DNA of 64,000 bases from Eledone cirrhosa (lineage: Eukaryota). How positions within the stretch are numbered: the stretch's first letter is position 1; each line of letters begins with the position of its first letter. The stretch is from NCBI GenBank assembly GCA_964016885.1, contig OZ024742.1, positions 358,918,001-358,982,000 of the forward strand, read 5' to 3'. A program made the position numbers and the translations under genes. A model generated the notes under the pieces. The model saw nothing but the letters and a program-made list of their open reading frames with translations, was not told the origin of the DNA and ran no database searches. Of this stretch, positions 1 to 13,648 are shown piece after piece.

Positions 1-596
1 TTCAAGCTTGTTAGCTATCATCAGCACCGTTTACCCATCTGCCAGATAGTTGAACGTTCGAAAGTATATACTTTCCTTATGAAAATTAACGGCTGAGCAG
101 CCTAATTTGCATATTGAGTGAGTTAAATCGGTCAGGCATACCGAAAACGACAAGTTGAAAAAAAAATGAAAACGAAATTTCATTTCTCACTCTTAGTATG
201 GCACTTACTTAAATGTAAGTATGTATGTATACGTACATACATATATGTATACAGACGTACATTTTTTCAACTTGTCGTTTTCGGTATGCCTGACCGATTT
301 AACTCACTCAATATGCAAATTAGGCTGCTCAGCCGTTAATTTTCATAAGGAAAGTATATACTTTCGAACGTTCAACTATCTGGCAGATGGGTAAACGGTG
401 CTGATGATAGCTAACAAGCTTGAAACTAGTACATCGTTCCTGTGTCAGTGTTGAACAAAAAGGTGACGTGGTTGCCTTAACACCGTATGGCATAAATTCA
501 GGCTGTTCGGTTTGTTGACAAACAAGCGAACAAAGCCGCGTTATAATAAACGTCGGCTAAACTGATGCGTGCATATATGTATGTGTACCTGTATGC

Positions 597-657
<61 letters not shown>

Positions 658-771
658 TGCTACTGTACGTCTGTAAACATATATGTATGTACGTATACAT
701 ACATACTTACATTTAAGTAAGTGCCATACTAAGAGTGAGAAATGAAATTTCGTTTTCATTTTTTTTCAACT
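1..771. repeat. PLE pLTR-type inverted/permuted repeat cluster (1-165 inverted at 261-424; 150-260 inverted at 664-771)
   Basis: Direct reverse-complement matches; contains a hammerhead motif and is interrupted and flanked by (TA)n. Confidence 0.8.
395..437 (+). ncRNA. Minimal type I hammerhead ribozyme
   Basis: acggtg-CTGATGA-tagctaacaagctt-GAAAC-tag-TA-catcgt. Stem I acggtg/catcgt, palindromic stem III (ACTAGT). A truncated antisense copy lies at 1-30. Confidence 0.8.
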
Positions 772-782
772 TATATATATAT

Positions 783-3700
783 GAGGAGGTTATAGTTCAC
801 TTGAAGCATTGTGTAATGAGGTATAAACGTTTGAATATGTGTAATAAGGCCAAGACAATGCAGGTATGGACATAGAAAAAAGAATGCAATAGTGAAAGAT
901 ATTGATGTGAATTCGTCTTTCACCTTGAATTTATTTAAATGTCCTTAATTTTCGAGATAATATCTCTTCTTCGGAGGGAAGTAAAGGTCTCAAACCAGCG
1001 TCTTTAAATCTCTAGCCAAGCCATGCTGACCGGAAATAGTATAGAGTATCTGTTCTAACTCTAATATCAAAGAATTAAAATTAGGTGGATAAAGAGTAGT
1101 CTCCCTTTAAGAGGGGTTTGTTTAGGGTTTTTTTAATTATTTTTTTTATTTTATTTTATATACGTGCCTGTATATGTGTGTGGGAGAATGCATGAAGGTG
1201 TAGGTATGTGGGTGTGTGTGTGTGAGTGTGGGAAGATAGGTCTAATCGTAAAAGTGGGGGGTAGGTGTTATCTGGTGTTAGAACTGGTTTTGTGTGTGTA
1301 TGTGTGAGAGAGAATAAGTGGAGGTGTAAGCGTGTGTGTGTGCGCGTGCGTGTGTGTGGGGCGTGTAAAAATGGGGCTAGAGGCCCTATCAGGTTATAAA
1401 TTGGGTGTTGAGCTCTAGTCTATTATTGATTGGTGGATGTGTTCTATCTATAATAAGTGCTTCCTTAATTCTAAGATTGCCGAGGTTTCTTTCCTTAGTT
1501 TCTATCCTAACTGTTATGTTTTTATCGGTGTTTTTGCATTTAACTAGGTGTTTCTTAAATGAGGAAGCGTTAGTATTGAGGTGTTCTTTTATTCTTATGT
1601 GGTGTGGTCTGGTGGTGCTACCTACGTAGAAGTTGTTGCATTTGTCACACTCTAGTCTGTATACTACGTAAGCCTGGTGGCATAGGTCTGTGTCGTTGAT
1701 GGGGCAGTTGGCTAGTCTGCAGCAGTTGTCATGTCTGGTGGAGTGTCTCTTAGCCAGCCGTCCGCGCAGAGAAGGACCCGAGTGGGCCAGTTGGATATCC
1801 AGTCCCTCTCGTCTGATGGCTCTGCGGATGGCTGTTGTTGTTTCTTCACTGAAGTGTGGGAGCTTCAGGAAGCAAGTGTTAGTGCCTCGGGTGTGGTGTC
1901 CTCTGTTCTTTCTGGCACGGTTTGTGGTGGATGTCGTGTATCCGTTCAGTTTGAGTACTTCCAGGAAATGTGTGGTGTGTGTGTCTCGGTCTCTGGCGTC
2001 GGTGCATTTGTTCTTGATACGTGCCAGTTCGTTCTTTATGTATCCGAACTTGGCACCGAGTGGGAGGGCCGATCTGAAATGTACGAACAGGTCTCTGCTG
2101 GCGCATTTTTTATAGAAGCAGGTGTGGATGTTGCCTTCCTCTGTTACCCTGAGTTGGAAGTCCAGTAGGGATAGGGATCCGCGGTCATCGGGGTGTTCCA
2201 TGCTGAACTTTATACTGGCGTCCATGCTGGAGAATGTTGTGTATATTTTCTCTGCCTCCTCACGGGATGATGTAAGGATGAGTATGTCATCTACATATCG
2301 GGTGAAGAAGGCATGGGAATGGCAGGTGTTGAGGGCTCGGCATTCTAGCTGGTTCATGTAGGTGATGGCCAGCAGGCCCGAAAGGCTGGATCCCATGGGT
2401 AATCCTGTTGTCTGTCTGTATGTGTGGTGGTGGAAGGTGAAGTACGTGTTGTCTACTGTGAAGGACAAAAGCTGGTGTATGTCCGTCGGGTGGAGGCCGT
2501 AGCAGTGGATGTTCTCTGCGACCACGCAGTCCGTCAATAAATCGACAGCTGGGTGAGCGGGGACTGTAGTGTAGAGGGAGACAACGTTGAGGCTAAAAGC
2601 GTATTTATTAAGTTTAAGTTGTTCTGGCTGGAGTTGGTGTAATCTACGTATAACTTCGTCGGAGCTACTGACATGTCCAGGGAAGGTGGAGAGTAGAGGC
2701 TTGTGGACCTGGGAGAGAAGCCAGGAAATTTTGTATAGGGGTCCTTCTATGCTAGAGACGATGGGTCTTATTTGCGTCTTAGTGCTATTCTTGTGGGTCT
2801 TGATGAGGTGGTAGAAAGTGGGCAGTCTGCTATTTCTAGTGGTGTAGTTGAGTTTAATTTTATTCGGGAGTTGTCTTCTCCTACAGATATCGAACCAAAT
2901 GGAATTGGTCTGTTTTTCGATTTGTGCTGCGGTCATGTCCGGGATCACTGTGTACAATTCACTGTCGCTTAGGTGTTCGAAGGCTAGGTTATTGTATGTG
3001 GCTTGAGAGATGACGCAGAACTCTTTACCTTTGTCGGATGGTAAGTAAATAAGTTCCTTATTCCGTAGGTTCTTCAAGGCGAGTTGTTGTGTCCTGGAGA
3101 GGTTAGGGGCCATCTTCTTCTGTTTCCGTAAGATGTTAAATACGGAATGTTTTAGTCTCGAGAGTTTTTCTTCCAGCTCGCGGTTGGCGGGCGGTGGATA
3201 GAGTGGGCGATCTAGTTGGTATATCGGGAATCTGGGTGTGGTGGATTCCGTGGTGTTGTTGTCGAGAGTCGATATCCATTTCAGTTGGTAGGCAGTCCGA
3301 CAGAAATTCGTTTCTATGTCGAGCCATAGTATGTCGTCCAGTCTCTGTTTCAATATGAACTTGGGACCCAGGCTGAGGAGGTCTAATTCCTCTCGGGGGA
3401 GGGATCCTGTCAAGTCTGTGACGAGGTGTTTTGCGTCAGGTGTGTTGTTGGTCGGGGTGCCGCTAGGTTCGGTGTTGGTAACGTATTGTTCGCCTCTGTT
3501 GGTGTTTAGCGTTGGGATGTTGTTAAGACAGTTGGCCGTCCTGAGTTTGAGAAATGTTAGCGTTAGGCGTATTTTCTCGTAGTCTCAGCGGTGGTGATAT
3601 GACCTGTCTATAGTGGCGGAGATGACCCTGGACAGAGGTTCTGGGGTTTCAGCGAGTTGTGGTACAAGGCTGGAGATAGTCTGTATGTGATGTTGTAGCG

Positions 3701-4365
3701 TGCGGTGTAGGTGTTGTATGAGTTTTCTTAGGCAGAATTTTTGTATGTAACTGAGTGATCGTTTGAGGCCTGGTGATTTGAAGCATGTTGGTAGGTGTAC
3801 ATTTTTGATGGTTTTGGGGATGATGTTGTTATTCAGGCATAGTTTTAGGAAGTTTATTTGGCAGCCGGCTTTGGCGCGCTTTTCAGATAGCTGGAAGAGT
3901 TTCTTTACAGTTGTGAACTGGGCCTGACTCAGGCGTAATGAAAGGAGGAGGTTATAGTTCCCTTGAAGCATTGTGTAATGAGGTATAAACGTTTGAATAT
4001 GTGTAATAAGGCCAAGACAATGCAGGTATGGACATAGAAAAAAGAATGCAATAGTGAAAGATATTGATGTGAATTCGTCTTTCACCTTGAATTTATTTAA
4101 ATGTCCTTAATTTTCGAGATAATATCTCTTCTTCGGAGGGAAGTAAAGGTCTCAAACCAGCGTCTTTAAATCTCTAGCCAGAGATTTAAAGACGCTGGTT
4201 TGAGACCTTTACTTCCCTCCGAAGAAGAGATATTATCTCGAAAATTAAGGACATTTAAATAAATCTAAGGTAAAAGACGAATTCACATCAATATCTTTCA
4301 CTATTGCATTCTTTTTTCTATGTCCATACCTGCATTGTCTTGGCCTTATTACACATTTTCAAACG

Positions 4366-4367
<2 letters not shown>
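783..4367 (-). mobile_element. Near-complete Penelope-like retroelement (EN+), with direct pLTRs at 784-1018 and 3946-4180 and an inverted pLTR piece at 4181-4367
   Basis: RT plus GIY-YIG ORF, ~235-bp near-identical terminal repeats that overlap the ORF start, inverted 5' pLTR, (TA)n on both flanks. Confidence 0.93.
1389..3971 (-). pseudogene. PLE RT/GIY-YIG polyprotein (~860 codons), interrupted by one in-frame TGA at 3585-3587
   Basis: Motifs PSDKG, KTHK..IRPIVS, GLPMGSSLS, TRYVDD, VVY..C..C...YVG.T.R...RIKEH. ORFs 3585-4085 and 1389-3413 share a frame with no other stop between them. RT motif A reads LNVVSLYT where D is expected. Confidence 0.9.
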
Positions 4368-4408
<41 letters not shown>

Positions 4409-4468
4409 GGAGGCACATGGCTTAGTTGTTACAGCATTGGTTAGAGCATTGGTCCTGCAATCGAAAGG

Positions 4469-4501
<33 letters not shown>

Positions 4502-4534
4502 TTTTATATATATATATGCATATATATACAAATA

Positions 4535-4567
<33 letters not shown>

Positions 4568-4929
4568 GTATATATGTATATATAATGTATGAATGTATGT
4601 ATGTTTGCTTGCATTCATCTATATATAGCTAGAAAGAAACGATGAAGAATAATATATTTTTGTATTAGTCTGAAGCAGACAATCAAATTCGTATTTTTAG
4701 TTGTAAATTTTCACAACCTGTTATGTTTACCAATGTTGTGTTATTGTGGTATAATAGATAAATTTGAATTTGGAATTTTCATGCTCACGTAGTGTGACAA
4801 GAAATCTGCGTTTTTCTAAAGAGATAAATGCATACACTGCTTCAAAGCGTATGGATAGTTATCTTTGTAGATGACATGAGATTTTTAACTCATTTTTGTT
4901 GTTTTTTTGTTCATAATTTAATATATAAA

Positions 4930-4934
<5 letters not shown>

Positions 4935-4994
<60 letters not shown>

Positions 4995-5009
4995 TGTATA
5001 TTATATACG

Positions 5010-5046
<37 letters not shown>

Positions 5047-5111
5047 ATATGTGTGTATATATATAAATATATATATATGTATATATATATATGTGTGCGC
5101 GTTCGTGTGTG

Positions 5112-5190
<79 letters not shown>

Positions 5191-5191
5191 G

Positions 5192-5283
<92 letters not shown>

Positions 5284-5305
5284 CATTCATAGATATATGT
5301 GTATG

Positions 5306-5350
<45 letters not shown>
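4935..5350. repeat. (TA)n/(TG)n compound microsatellite
   Basis: Direct reading. Confidence 0.95.
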
Positions 5351-5353
<3 letters not shown>

Positions 5354-5833
5354 GAAACATCAAAGAGCTACATTTGCGCCTGAAATATTTATTTATTTTG
5401 AAGTTTGAACGCAATAGTTTTCGAACAAAAATGTTGCTTTTCAACAAAGAGATACATTTCTGCTTTCATCCAATTACAAATCAGTTTGGGTACTAACATA
5501 GATCCGTATTGTGCAGAGAATATAGCAGATACCAATTAAATTATAAAACTCTAGACTACCATATGTATTCCTTTTTGTGTACTGTTTTCGTTAATAGTTT
5601 GGGGTTTGGTGTTAGAATGTGTACTTGTATTCGTAGGTAAGTACTAGATTAGTAAATACTAGATTTACCTCAATAATATACCGTCTTATGAAAATAGTTT
5701 CTAGAAATAGTTAAGATATCCTTATATATTAAACACGTTCGTGTGAATATAAGTATTTTTATATTCTTTTATCTATGCTACTCATATGTATATATATATG
5801 TGTGTATGTGTGTGTATGCGTGTGTATATACAT

Positions 5834-5884
<51 letters not shown>

Positions 5885-5927
5885 TTTAGGAATAACGAAA
5901 GAGTGCTTAGAAATACATTGTTTTATT

Positions 5928-5974
5928 AGCTAACAGTGTTTCATCCGTACTCTATGGCAGGAATCATCAGAGCC
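5928..5974 (-). ncRNA. Type I hammerhead ribozyme in a PLE 3'-end remnant
   Basis: Minus strand ggct-CTGATGA-ttcc...ggat-GAAAC-act-GTT-agct, about 45 bp from a (TA)n tract. Confidence 0.7.
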
Positions 5975-6789
5975 TATAAACAAGAGTATATCAATAGTTG
6001 TATGCTCCACCAAGCTGCGTCACCAGAACAAGGTTAAAGGACCAGCAGGGGGATCTCAAATCCAGCGCTATATAGAAAAAGACACAATACATGACGCATA
6101 CAATGTCATAAAATGTCATAAAAAATGTCATAAAAAATTACATCAAAATCACATAAAAAATGTATTACTTTAATGGTTCAATTGATGATAAGGAGGTTGG
6201 GAGAGGGTAGCAAGGAATGAGTGAAGGTGTTACTCAGCATGATCAAAAACAATAAAAAAACAATAAAAAAAAAGAAAGAAAAACAGCCCCCAAAAAACAA
6301 AAAACAAACAAACAAAGCAAAGCATAGATACATCAAAGCACAAGCAGTGTAAATACAGGATGTACAGGCAGATTAAGAGAGCTTGCAAGCATGAGTCTGT
6401 GAGAAGGATAGTTGGTTAATGGTGGTGCAGCTTTGCATGTAGGATTCTCTATAGGAAGGTTATATCGCCTTGTAACAGGTCGAGCCTCCGTATCTTAGCA
6501 CTCTACAGACAACATCCATTGGTTCCAGTTCCGAGCGTTAGGTGAAGTAACACTGTTTCCAAAACATATACTCAGGGGATTTATCCGCATAGGCAGTCTG
6601 CGATATATATGTATGTGCTTGTGTGTATGTATTTGTATATCTCGCGATATAGAGTATGTTTACGGATACACTTTTAAAAGTCATAGCTATGAAATCGTAA
6701 ACATACTGTATATAGGAAGATTTACAAATGCACATGTCTCTATGTATACAACTATATCGGAACGGACACCATAAATTATATATATATAA

Positions 6790-7232
6790 ATGTAATCTGA
6801 GTTTTTCGACTATTAATAATAGCATTCGATTAGTTTGCAATTATGCAAACAAGCCTCAATTTTATAGCCATGTCAGTAGAATGAACACTTCATTCTTGCT
6901 CTTGTGTTGGCATACGAACAGAACTGCACACACTAATGTTTCTGGCTATCACCAGTCTGCTAATATGCAAATCAGGCCGATCAGTCACTGAGGAAATTTT
7001 TTTAAATAGCATATATTTTCACTAGCTCTGACAGTTTGCCAGGTGAACAGTGAGCTGTACTGATGACGTCCCTCACGCCAGAAACATTAGTGTCTGCAGT
7101 TATGTTCGCATGCCAACACAAGAGCAATAATGAAGTGTTCATTCTACTGACATGGCTATAAAATTGAGGCTTGTTTGCATAATTGCAAACGAATCGAATG
7201 CTATTATTAATATTCGGAAAACTCAGTTTACA
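6790..7232. repeat. Inverted pLTR-type repeat (6790-6945 vs 7076-7232)
   Basis: Reverse-complement match, flanked by (TA)n. Confidence 0.8.
7053..7101 (+). ncRNA. Type I hammerhead ribozyme
   Basis: agctgta-CTGATGA-cgtccctcacgcca-GAAAC-attagt-GTC-tgcagtt. 7-bp stem I, imperfect stem II. Confidence 0.7.
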
Positions 7233-7295
7233 TTAATTGTATTCAGCCATGTAGAGCGAAATTTCATTTATATATATATATATATATAAATGAAA

Positions 7296-7329
<34 letters not shown>

Positions 7330-7673
7330 TATATATATAAAATTACATAAAAGGAGAAAGCTATTAGCGATACTCAGACCAATTTCCAACTCATTCAACA
7401 AACATTAGGAAATACCGGAGTATATTCCCAATTAAACGTTTGGATTGCTAACTATATTGTATTGTGTGGATAATTGGCTGTATTATTTTATGAGATATAT
7501 TAAAAATCTCATTTCCCAAACGAATCGTTTCATTATAACATTTCTACATGGTGGGTGAATATATATATATAAAGGATAACAAAATATCGTTATAGGTAAT
7601 CCAATTCGAGGTTGTGAAAACTTCTTAAATCCCCTTTTTTGTACTGTTGACCATGTTATTCCCCACTTTTTTC

Positions 7674-7719
<46 letters not shown>

Positions 7720-8019
7720 ATACTTGGGGAGGGTCATATTGTTGTAATAATATTGCCAGAATTAATAACAGAACACACTCATTGTTTAGTTGGTTTTCGC
7801 TTCTGTATCTTTTATATCTCCATAGTTAATTTATTTGGCAATCAACGTCTATCATTGATTGACCAACAGTTAAAAATACAGATATAAATATATATATATA
7901 TATATAGTCTATGAAAGTCTTTCGTTGCACATCATCAGTGGTACTATTATTATTTTCCCTCCTATTGTATTGTAATGTTTACGCCATTTTTATTTTTATT
8001 TATTTATATATTTTATATA

Positions 8020-9387
8020 TCACCTTGATCACCTTCACCGACCAGTCTATCGGGCGTTATTCAGCGCTGCTGGTCACAGCATACCGTCCATTCCTCCCTG
8101 GATCGTGCTTTCCTCATCCATGTAGTCCCAATCGTATTCTTAAAATCGTAACTCCACCCTCGTCGAGGCCTTCCGTGTGGTCGTTTCCGCTCGCGCGGGT
8201 ACCACTCAGCAACTGCGTGGTTCCACCGATTATCAGTGAACCGGGCGACGTGTCCAGCCCATCTGAACTTGCTGCGCATATATTCCGCGATGACGTCCCT
8301 CACGCCGGACTTATGTCTGATGACTTCGCTCCTGATGTGCTCTCTCAACGAGATTCCTAGCATTGATCTCTCCATGGCTCTCTGAGCCGTTACCAGTCTC
8401 TGCTCTTCTCTCTTCGTTGTAGCCCAAGTTTCACTGCCATATAACATTGAAGGTAAAACTGTGCTATTGAAGAGGTTGGCGCGGGTGGACTTGTCAAACC
8501 TCCCTTGAGCACATCCCTTATGCCGTTGAACGCCTTCCATCCGGAACTTACTCTCCGCGAGATCTCCCTCTCAATGTCTCGGCGCATGTTCACTTCTTGT
8601 CCCAGGTAGACATATTCCTCCACCTCCTCTATTTCATCATCGCCAACCACCATTCGACCTGTTGGTACGTTGTCGGACCGCGGGAACTTCGTTTTCATGC
8701 TGTTCATCTTGAGGCCTACTGCAGAGATTTTGATGTCGAGCTCCGTCAGCATGGTCTGAAGCTGATCTGTGGTTTCAGCGATGAGTATGATGTCATCAGC
8801 TAAATGGAGGTGGGTAAGTATCTCGCCGTTGATGTTGACACCGCCTTGCCAGTCAATGCCTCTGATGATCTGCTCGAGACACGCGGTGAAAAGTTTTGGA
8901 GAGATCGTATCTCCTTGCTTCACTCTCTTCTCGACCGGCACTCATACGGGTGATGACAGCAGAGCTATGTCGGTGGTGCATCCGGAACTCGCCTCCCTGA
9001 GCAGTTGGACGTATTGCGCCTCGACTCCTTGCCTCTGCACGGAGTTCAGCACTGCGTTGATTTCGACGCTGTCGAAGGCCTTCTTGTAGTCTACGAACGC
9101 GACACAAAGAGGCATATTGTACTCTTTCGCTCGCTCAAGCAGTTGTGTCAGAGTAAATATGTGGTCCATCGTGCTGTAGTTTTTCCGGAAGCCGGCTTGC
9201 TCTCTCGGTTGCTGTTCGTCCAGATGACGTGATAACCTGTTCAAGATTATCGTCTTGAACAGCTTCTACACGTGAGACAGCAGGCATATGGGTCGGTAGT
9301 TCTTCAGATCTTCTCTATCGCCCTTCTTGTATAGCAGGATGGTATTCGACTCTTTCCACTGTGAGGGTATTATTCCCTCGTCCAGAT
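8020..9387 (-). mobile_element. 5'-truncated, frameshifted RTE-clade LINE (RT and C-terminal region)
   Basis: EQAGFR, FVDYKKAFDSV, VKQGDTISPKLF, LADDI, YVYLG, MLYGSETW, RWAGHVAR spread across three ORF pieces. Confidence 0.92.
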
Positions 9388-9625
9388 ATTATATATGTAC
9401 ATATACATTTATGTATTCAATTTAAACGTCCGTATAGAGCTAGTAAGCCATGGCAGACTAGGGGAAGTATCGAGTACAGTCGGTAGACAAAAATATCTAT
9501 TGAGACAAGTACTAAAAAGAAAACGTAAACAAAAAAATAGGAATAAAATGTCAAACATTGAGGGTCAATTGGGAGGCAGAATATGTATAATAAAACGAAA
9601 AAAAAAGACCAAACAAGAGATGCTG

Positions 9626-9673
<48 letters not shown>

Positions 9674-9854
9674 TTTAGAGCAAACATCACGGACGCTCTA
9701 TCTCAAAATTATTTTTTAAAAGCATTAGAAATGCGCAACCGGTAAAACTTAAAACCAAAACTGAATACTAACCAATACTATTACTAATTCTCACTTATTC
9801 CTAATTAAACTATTTTTCACTTTGAACAATTTGTCAGCATTTTCTTTTCCATTT

Positions 9855-10095
9855 ACCAATATATATATATATATATATATAACAAAGGAATTGAGGCAAG
9901 GAACCAAATGGACCATAACGCACCAGAGTACTCAATAATTAGGGTAGTAGAGTGGGAAATAGGAAAAGGTATGACCCCGACGGCAGAGCTCAAGCCGTTT
10001 CGACGGCTATTTCTGGACCAAAAATACAGAAATAACCGTCGAAACGGCTTCAGCTCTGCCGTCGGGGTCATACTTTTTCCTATATATATATATAT
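9855..10095. repeat. Short PLE pLTR remnant with inverted end (9962-10013 vs 10028-10082); related copies at ~38950-39080, 49378-49562 and 49590-49650
   Basis: Palindromic arrangement in (TA)n. Retains the 3' half of a hammerhead (GAAACGGC..GCCGTC-ggggtc). Confidence 0.7.
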
Positions 10096-10149
10096 ATATA
10101 ATGGAAATTTGAACAGGAACAAAACAGAGAGGCAGTACAACGATTGTTT

Positions 10150-12355
10150 ATTAATTTCACGCTCTTGAGAGTGGGGTGGTGGTGGGGAACGACGTTTCGG
10201 GCATAAGCCCTTCTTCAGGTGAAAAGTGTGTGGGAAGAGAGTTCAAAGGGTGTGTAGGGGAGTGGTGGAGAGACATATAGCGAAAAGGAGGTGGGAGGAA
10301 ACGGTGCGAATGAAATTAAAAATAAAAGCATGATCAAAATAAAATAAAATTAAAATGGGGTGAAACAGGTGGTGGAAGGGTGTGGGGTGTGTAGGGGTGG
10401 TGGTGGGTGGGTGGAGTGGGGAGAGGGAGACGGGGTGTCCGAGCGGGGAGGGCTGAAGGTGGAGTTTGTGTGTAGGTGTACGTGTGTGTGAGTGTGTGTG
10501 TATGTGAAAGCAAGGGTTGGGGGAAGAACGGGGTTGCATGTTCAGGAAGAGGTGAGTGTGGGGTGGGGTGTAGGTCGGAGTGTATGTGCGTGTGTGGATA
10601 GAGGGATGGGGTGAGAGGAATCCGGAGGCTGAAGGTGTAAATATGTGGTGGAAAGCACGTGTGTGTGGGGTTTAAGCGTGTTGTGGGTGTAGGTGGCGTG
10701 TGGGAAAAAAATTTGTTTGGGTGTGTGTGCGTGGGTGAGTTATAAAGGTGATTCCGTGAGAAGATGTGGTTAAATGGTTGGTAAACTCCTAGGTTGATAG
10801 TGATTCCGCGGTCAAGGTCCACATACGAGTATTCCATGAAGAGATGGTCGGAAGAGGAGAGATGTGGGGTGCGCGCGCAACAGGAAGTGGTCAAGGCGGT
10901 AGGAGTGCTGTGTGTCTGTGTGTGCTGGGAGGTGGTCAGAGGGCATAGCAGCAGTAGGGTGGAATGGTAAAGGGGCGAGGATGGGTAGGTGTGAAAGTTG
11001 GAGTGAGGAGGGTGTGTGTGTGTATTAGTAGAGGTGTTAGTTGGATAAGTGAGTGTTGGAGAAAGGGTGTGGGTGGAGCGGGGAGAGAAGAGTGTGGGGG
11101 TCGATGGAGGGAGTGTGGTGTACTGGTGTGTGTGTAGTTTGATGAAGGTGGTGTTAGTGGGTGTTAGTATACGGGAGGTGGAGAAAGGGTTGAATGCGGG
11201 TGTGAGTGGGGGTTAGTGGTGGTACGGTGTGTAGAGTTGGTGGTGTACGAGGGTGTGTGTGTACGTGTGCGTGGTGTTGGGGGTGTTAGTGATGTTAGTT
11301 GCGTGTGGGGTGGGTGGTGTAAGAGGGTGCGTGTGTTCGTGTGCTTGGGGTCAGGGGGTGTTAGTGATGTTAGTTGCGGGGTGGTGGGATGGATGTGTGG
11401 GGGTGAGGGTTAGTGATGGTAGTAGGGTGTGTGTTTAGTGTGAGCGCGTGTATATATGTGCCAGTGGGTGTGTGCGTGTGATAAGGAGGGGGGAGAAGAA
11501 GAAGCGAGGGATGTTAGTATGTTAGTTGGGGAAGGGTGGTCGGATGAGGGGTGGAGTGGAGGTGTTAGTATTGTTAGTTGTGGGGTGGGCGGTGAAAAGG
11601 AGGGGTGTGTTAGTGGTGTTAGTGGGGGATATGTGTGGGGGGATGGGGGCGGTCGAAGGCTAAAGGAATAAGGGTGGGGAGTTCAGGCCGGGGGGAGTGT
11701 GGGTCTGTAAGATGAAGATGGTTCTTTGTTCAACTCTGAGGAGATTGGCGGGTGTTCCGTAGCATTGGAGTAGGCCACAGACTGTGAGATGGCGTGCGGA
11801 ATGTCCATGAACACCAAAGTGGCGGGCGATGGGGGAACTACCACCGAGACGAATATCCCGGAGGTGCTCAGTGAATCGGTCCGCCAGGCGAAGTCCCGTC
11901 TGTCCGACGAAGTCTGTCCGACGAAGTCTGTCCGTAGATTAGGTTGGATGAGGTGCAGCGGAAGGCATGCCGGACAGAGAGAGAGTGGGCGTTGGGACCC
12001 TGGAAGGTGGTGGTGTTGGTGATGTGGGGACAGGTGTTGCAGCGGGGCCTAGAACAGGGAAAGGAACCGGGGGGCGTGGGTTGGGGGGTAGGGAGCTGTG
12101 GACGAGGAGGGTGCGGAGATTGCGTGCGCGTTTGAAGGAGGGGAGTGGTGTGGTTGGGAAGATGTGGGAGGTGGAGGGGTCGGACTGGAGGCGTCGGAAG
12201 AGGCGGCGGATGGTGCGGTGGAGGAGTAAGGTGGAGGGGTGGTAGGTAATGGGGAAGGGGAGACGGTGGGTGGGTGTGCGGTGGCGTGGGGTGAGGGTGG
12301 TGGAGCGGTGACAGCACGGGCGCGGGTGAGAGTGGTGTGGACGAGAGAGTGGGGT
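10150..12355 (-). mobile_element. 5'-truncated Neptune-type PLE remnant (degenerate GIY-YIG at ~11680-12080, long CA-rich 3' region)
   Basis: PGSFPCSRPRCNTCPHI...FRCTSSNLIY...EQRTIF.LQT..PPGLN, followed by a hammerhead. Confidence 0.75.
10188..10222 (-). ncRNA. Minimal hammerhead ribozyme core
   Basis: CTGAAGA-agggcttatgccc-GAAACGTC. Stem I is weak. Confidence 0.65.
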
Positions 12356-12358
12356 AAC

Positions 12359-12423
<65 letters not shown>

Positions 12424-13287
12424 TAAATATAAATTAGCGAGAATCGTATTTCAGCTCAGGAATTAACGAAAAACAACTTCCGAGATGTGTGGCAAGCGCT
12501 CGATGATTCATATGAATCAGAGCTACAACAAACGTTAAAGGCCAAACACACTGAGATGGTGGTTAAACTAAACATCCGCACAGCCCAAAAAAACGACCAA
12601 GTAATTCGGGTCAAACAATAAATATATATATGATTGAAAATTTACTCGGTCCCCTGGACGGATGGTAAAATCCAGTATTTGGGTTTCTGCGACTCCCTAA
12701 ATCAATTACTGTCCGCTTACATAAAGAATGTTAGGCTTCTGGTAAGATGATTGAACAAGGAAGCCGTGTTATCAACGGGTTTTTGCTCAAATGCTATACA
12801 TAAGTGTGACTATTACTGACCCCACGTGGAGTTCAGCAAGGGAGGCAACACTTATATTAGGCGAATGAATTCAGTTGTGTATAATATTGCGTGAATGCAA
12901 AATATCACAAATCGAATAAAGCTCTCGACAGAATGGTTAAATATAACAAAGCTATTCATCAGTCAATAGAATCAACTAAAAAAAAAAATATATATATATA
13001 TACAATGATATTAAATAAATGGAAACTAATTAATATCATTTAATATCATTGAATATTATACTCCAGAATAACTGTCGAGTGCTCTGAATCAGTTATAAAC
13101 ATTTATATTTGTTGAATTTCCAACAAATTGAATATCCCTTCTGGTTATATATATATATATAAATATATATTGTTATACTTTGGGAGGGTCATGTTGCCAA
13201 TAAGAAGTGAGTACAGCTAATTTTTTAAAATTTATTTTGAAACTTTTTTCTTATTTGCTGAACCTTGATTATATATATATATATATA

Positions 13288-13648
13288 TTGTTATACTTTG
13301 GGAGGGTCATGTTGCCAATAAGAAACACACGCACCAGTGCTTTCACTCCAACTTATTATAAATTAAATTTATAAATTTAAGAATTTATAAATTTCCGGTT
13401 GGTTGGTTGGTTCCATAGCCGGACGGTTGTTCCTATATTGTCAAAGTTCTTTCGTCACACACTATGGGACCTCTTCAGTGACTGGGGATTATTTTCTTTG
13501 TTTGTGTGTCTCTCCTTTGTTCGGTCCTACGCCATCTTGTTTTTATAAATTCTTAAATTTATAAATTTAATTTATAATAAATTGGAGTGAAACAACTGGT
13601 GCGTGTGTTTCTTATTGGCAACATGACCCTCCCAAAGTATAACAATAT
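13288..13648. repeat. Inverted pLTR-type repeat (~13288-13392 vs ~13543-13648)
   Basis: Reverse-complement match of ~105 bp around a hammerhead; a partial direct copy lies at 13167-13206. Confidence 0.8.
13440..13482 (-). ncRNA. Type I hammerhead ribozyme
   Basis: gtca-CTGAAGA-ggtcccatagtgtgtgac-GAAAG-aa-CTT-tgac. Confidence 0.7.

Noticed and set aside
1405-3582. Plus-strand ORFs overlapping the PLE, and similar antisense ORFs over the Tx1 and RTE elements
   Set aside because: They are antisense shadows of retroelement coding sequence with no motifs of their own.
3585-3587. In-frame TGA as selenocysteine (reported for some Naiad PLEs)
   Set aside because: It is not at a conserved Cys position, the context fits a CGA to TGA change, and no SECIS was recognised. 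The Naiad-like fragments here use ordinary Cys codons.
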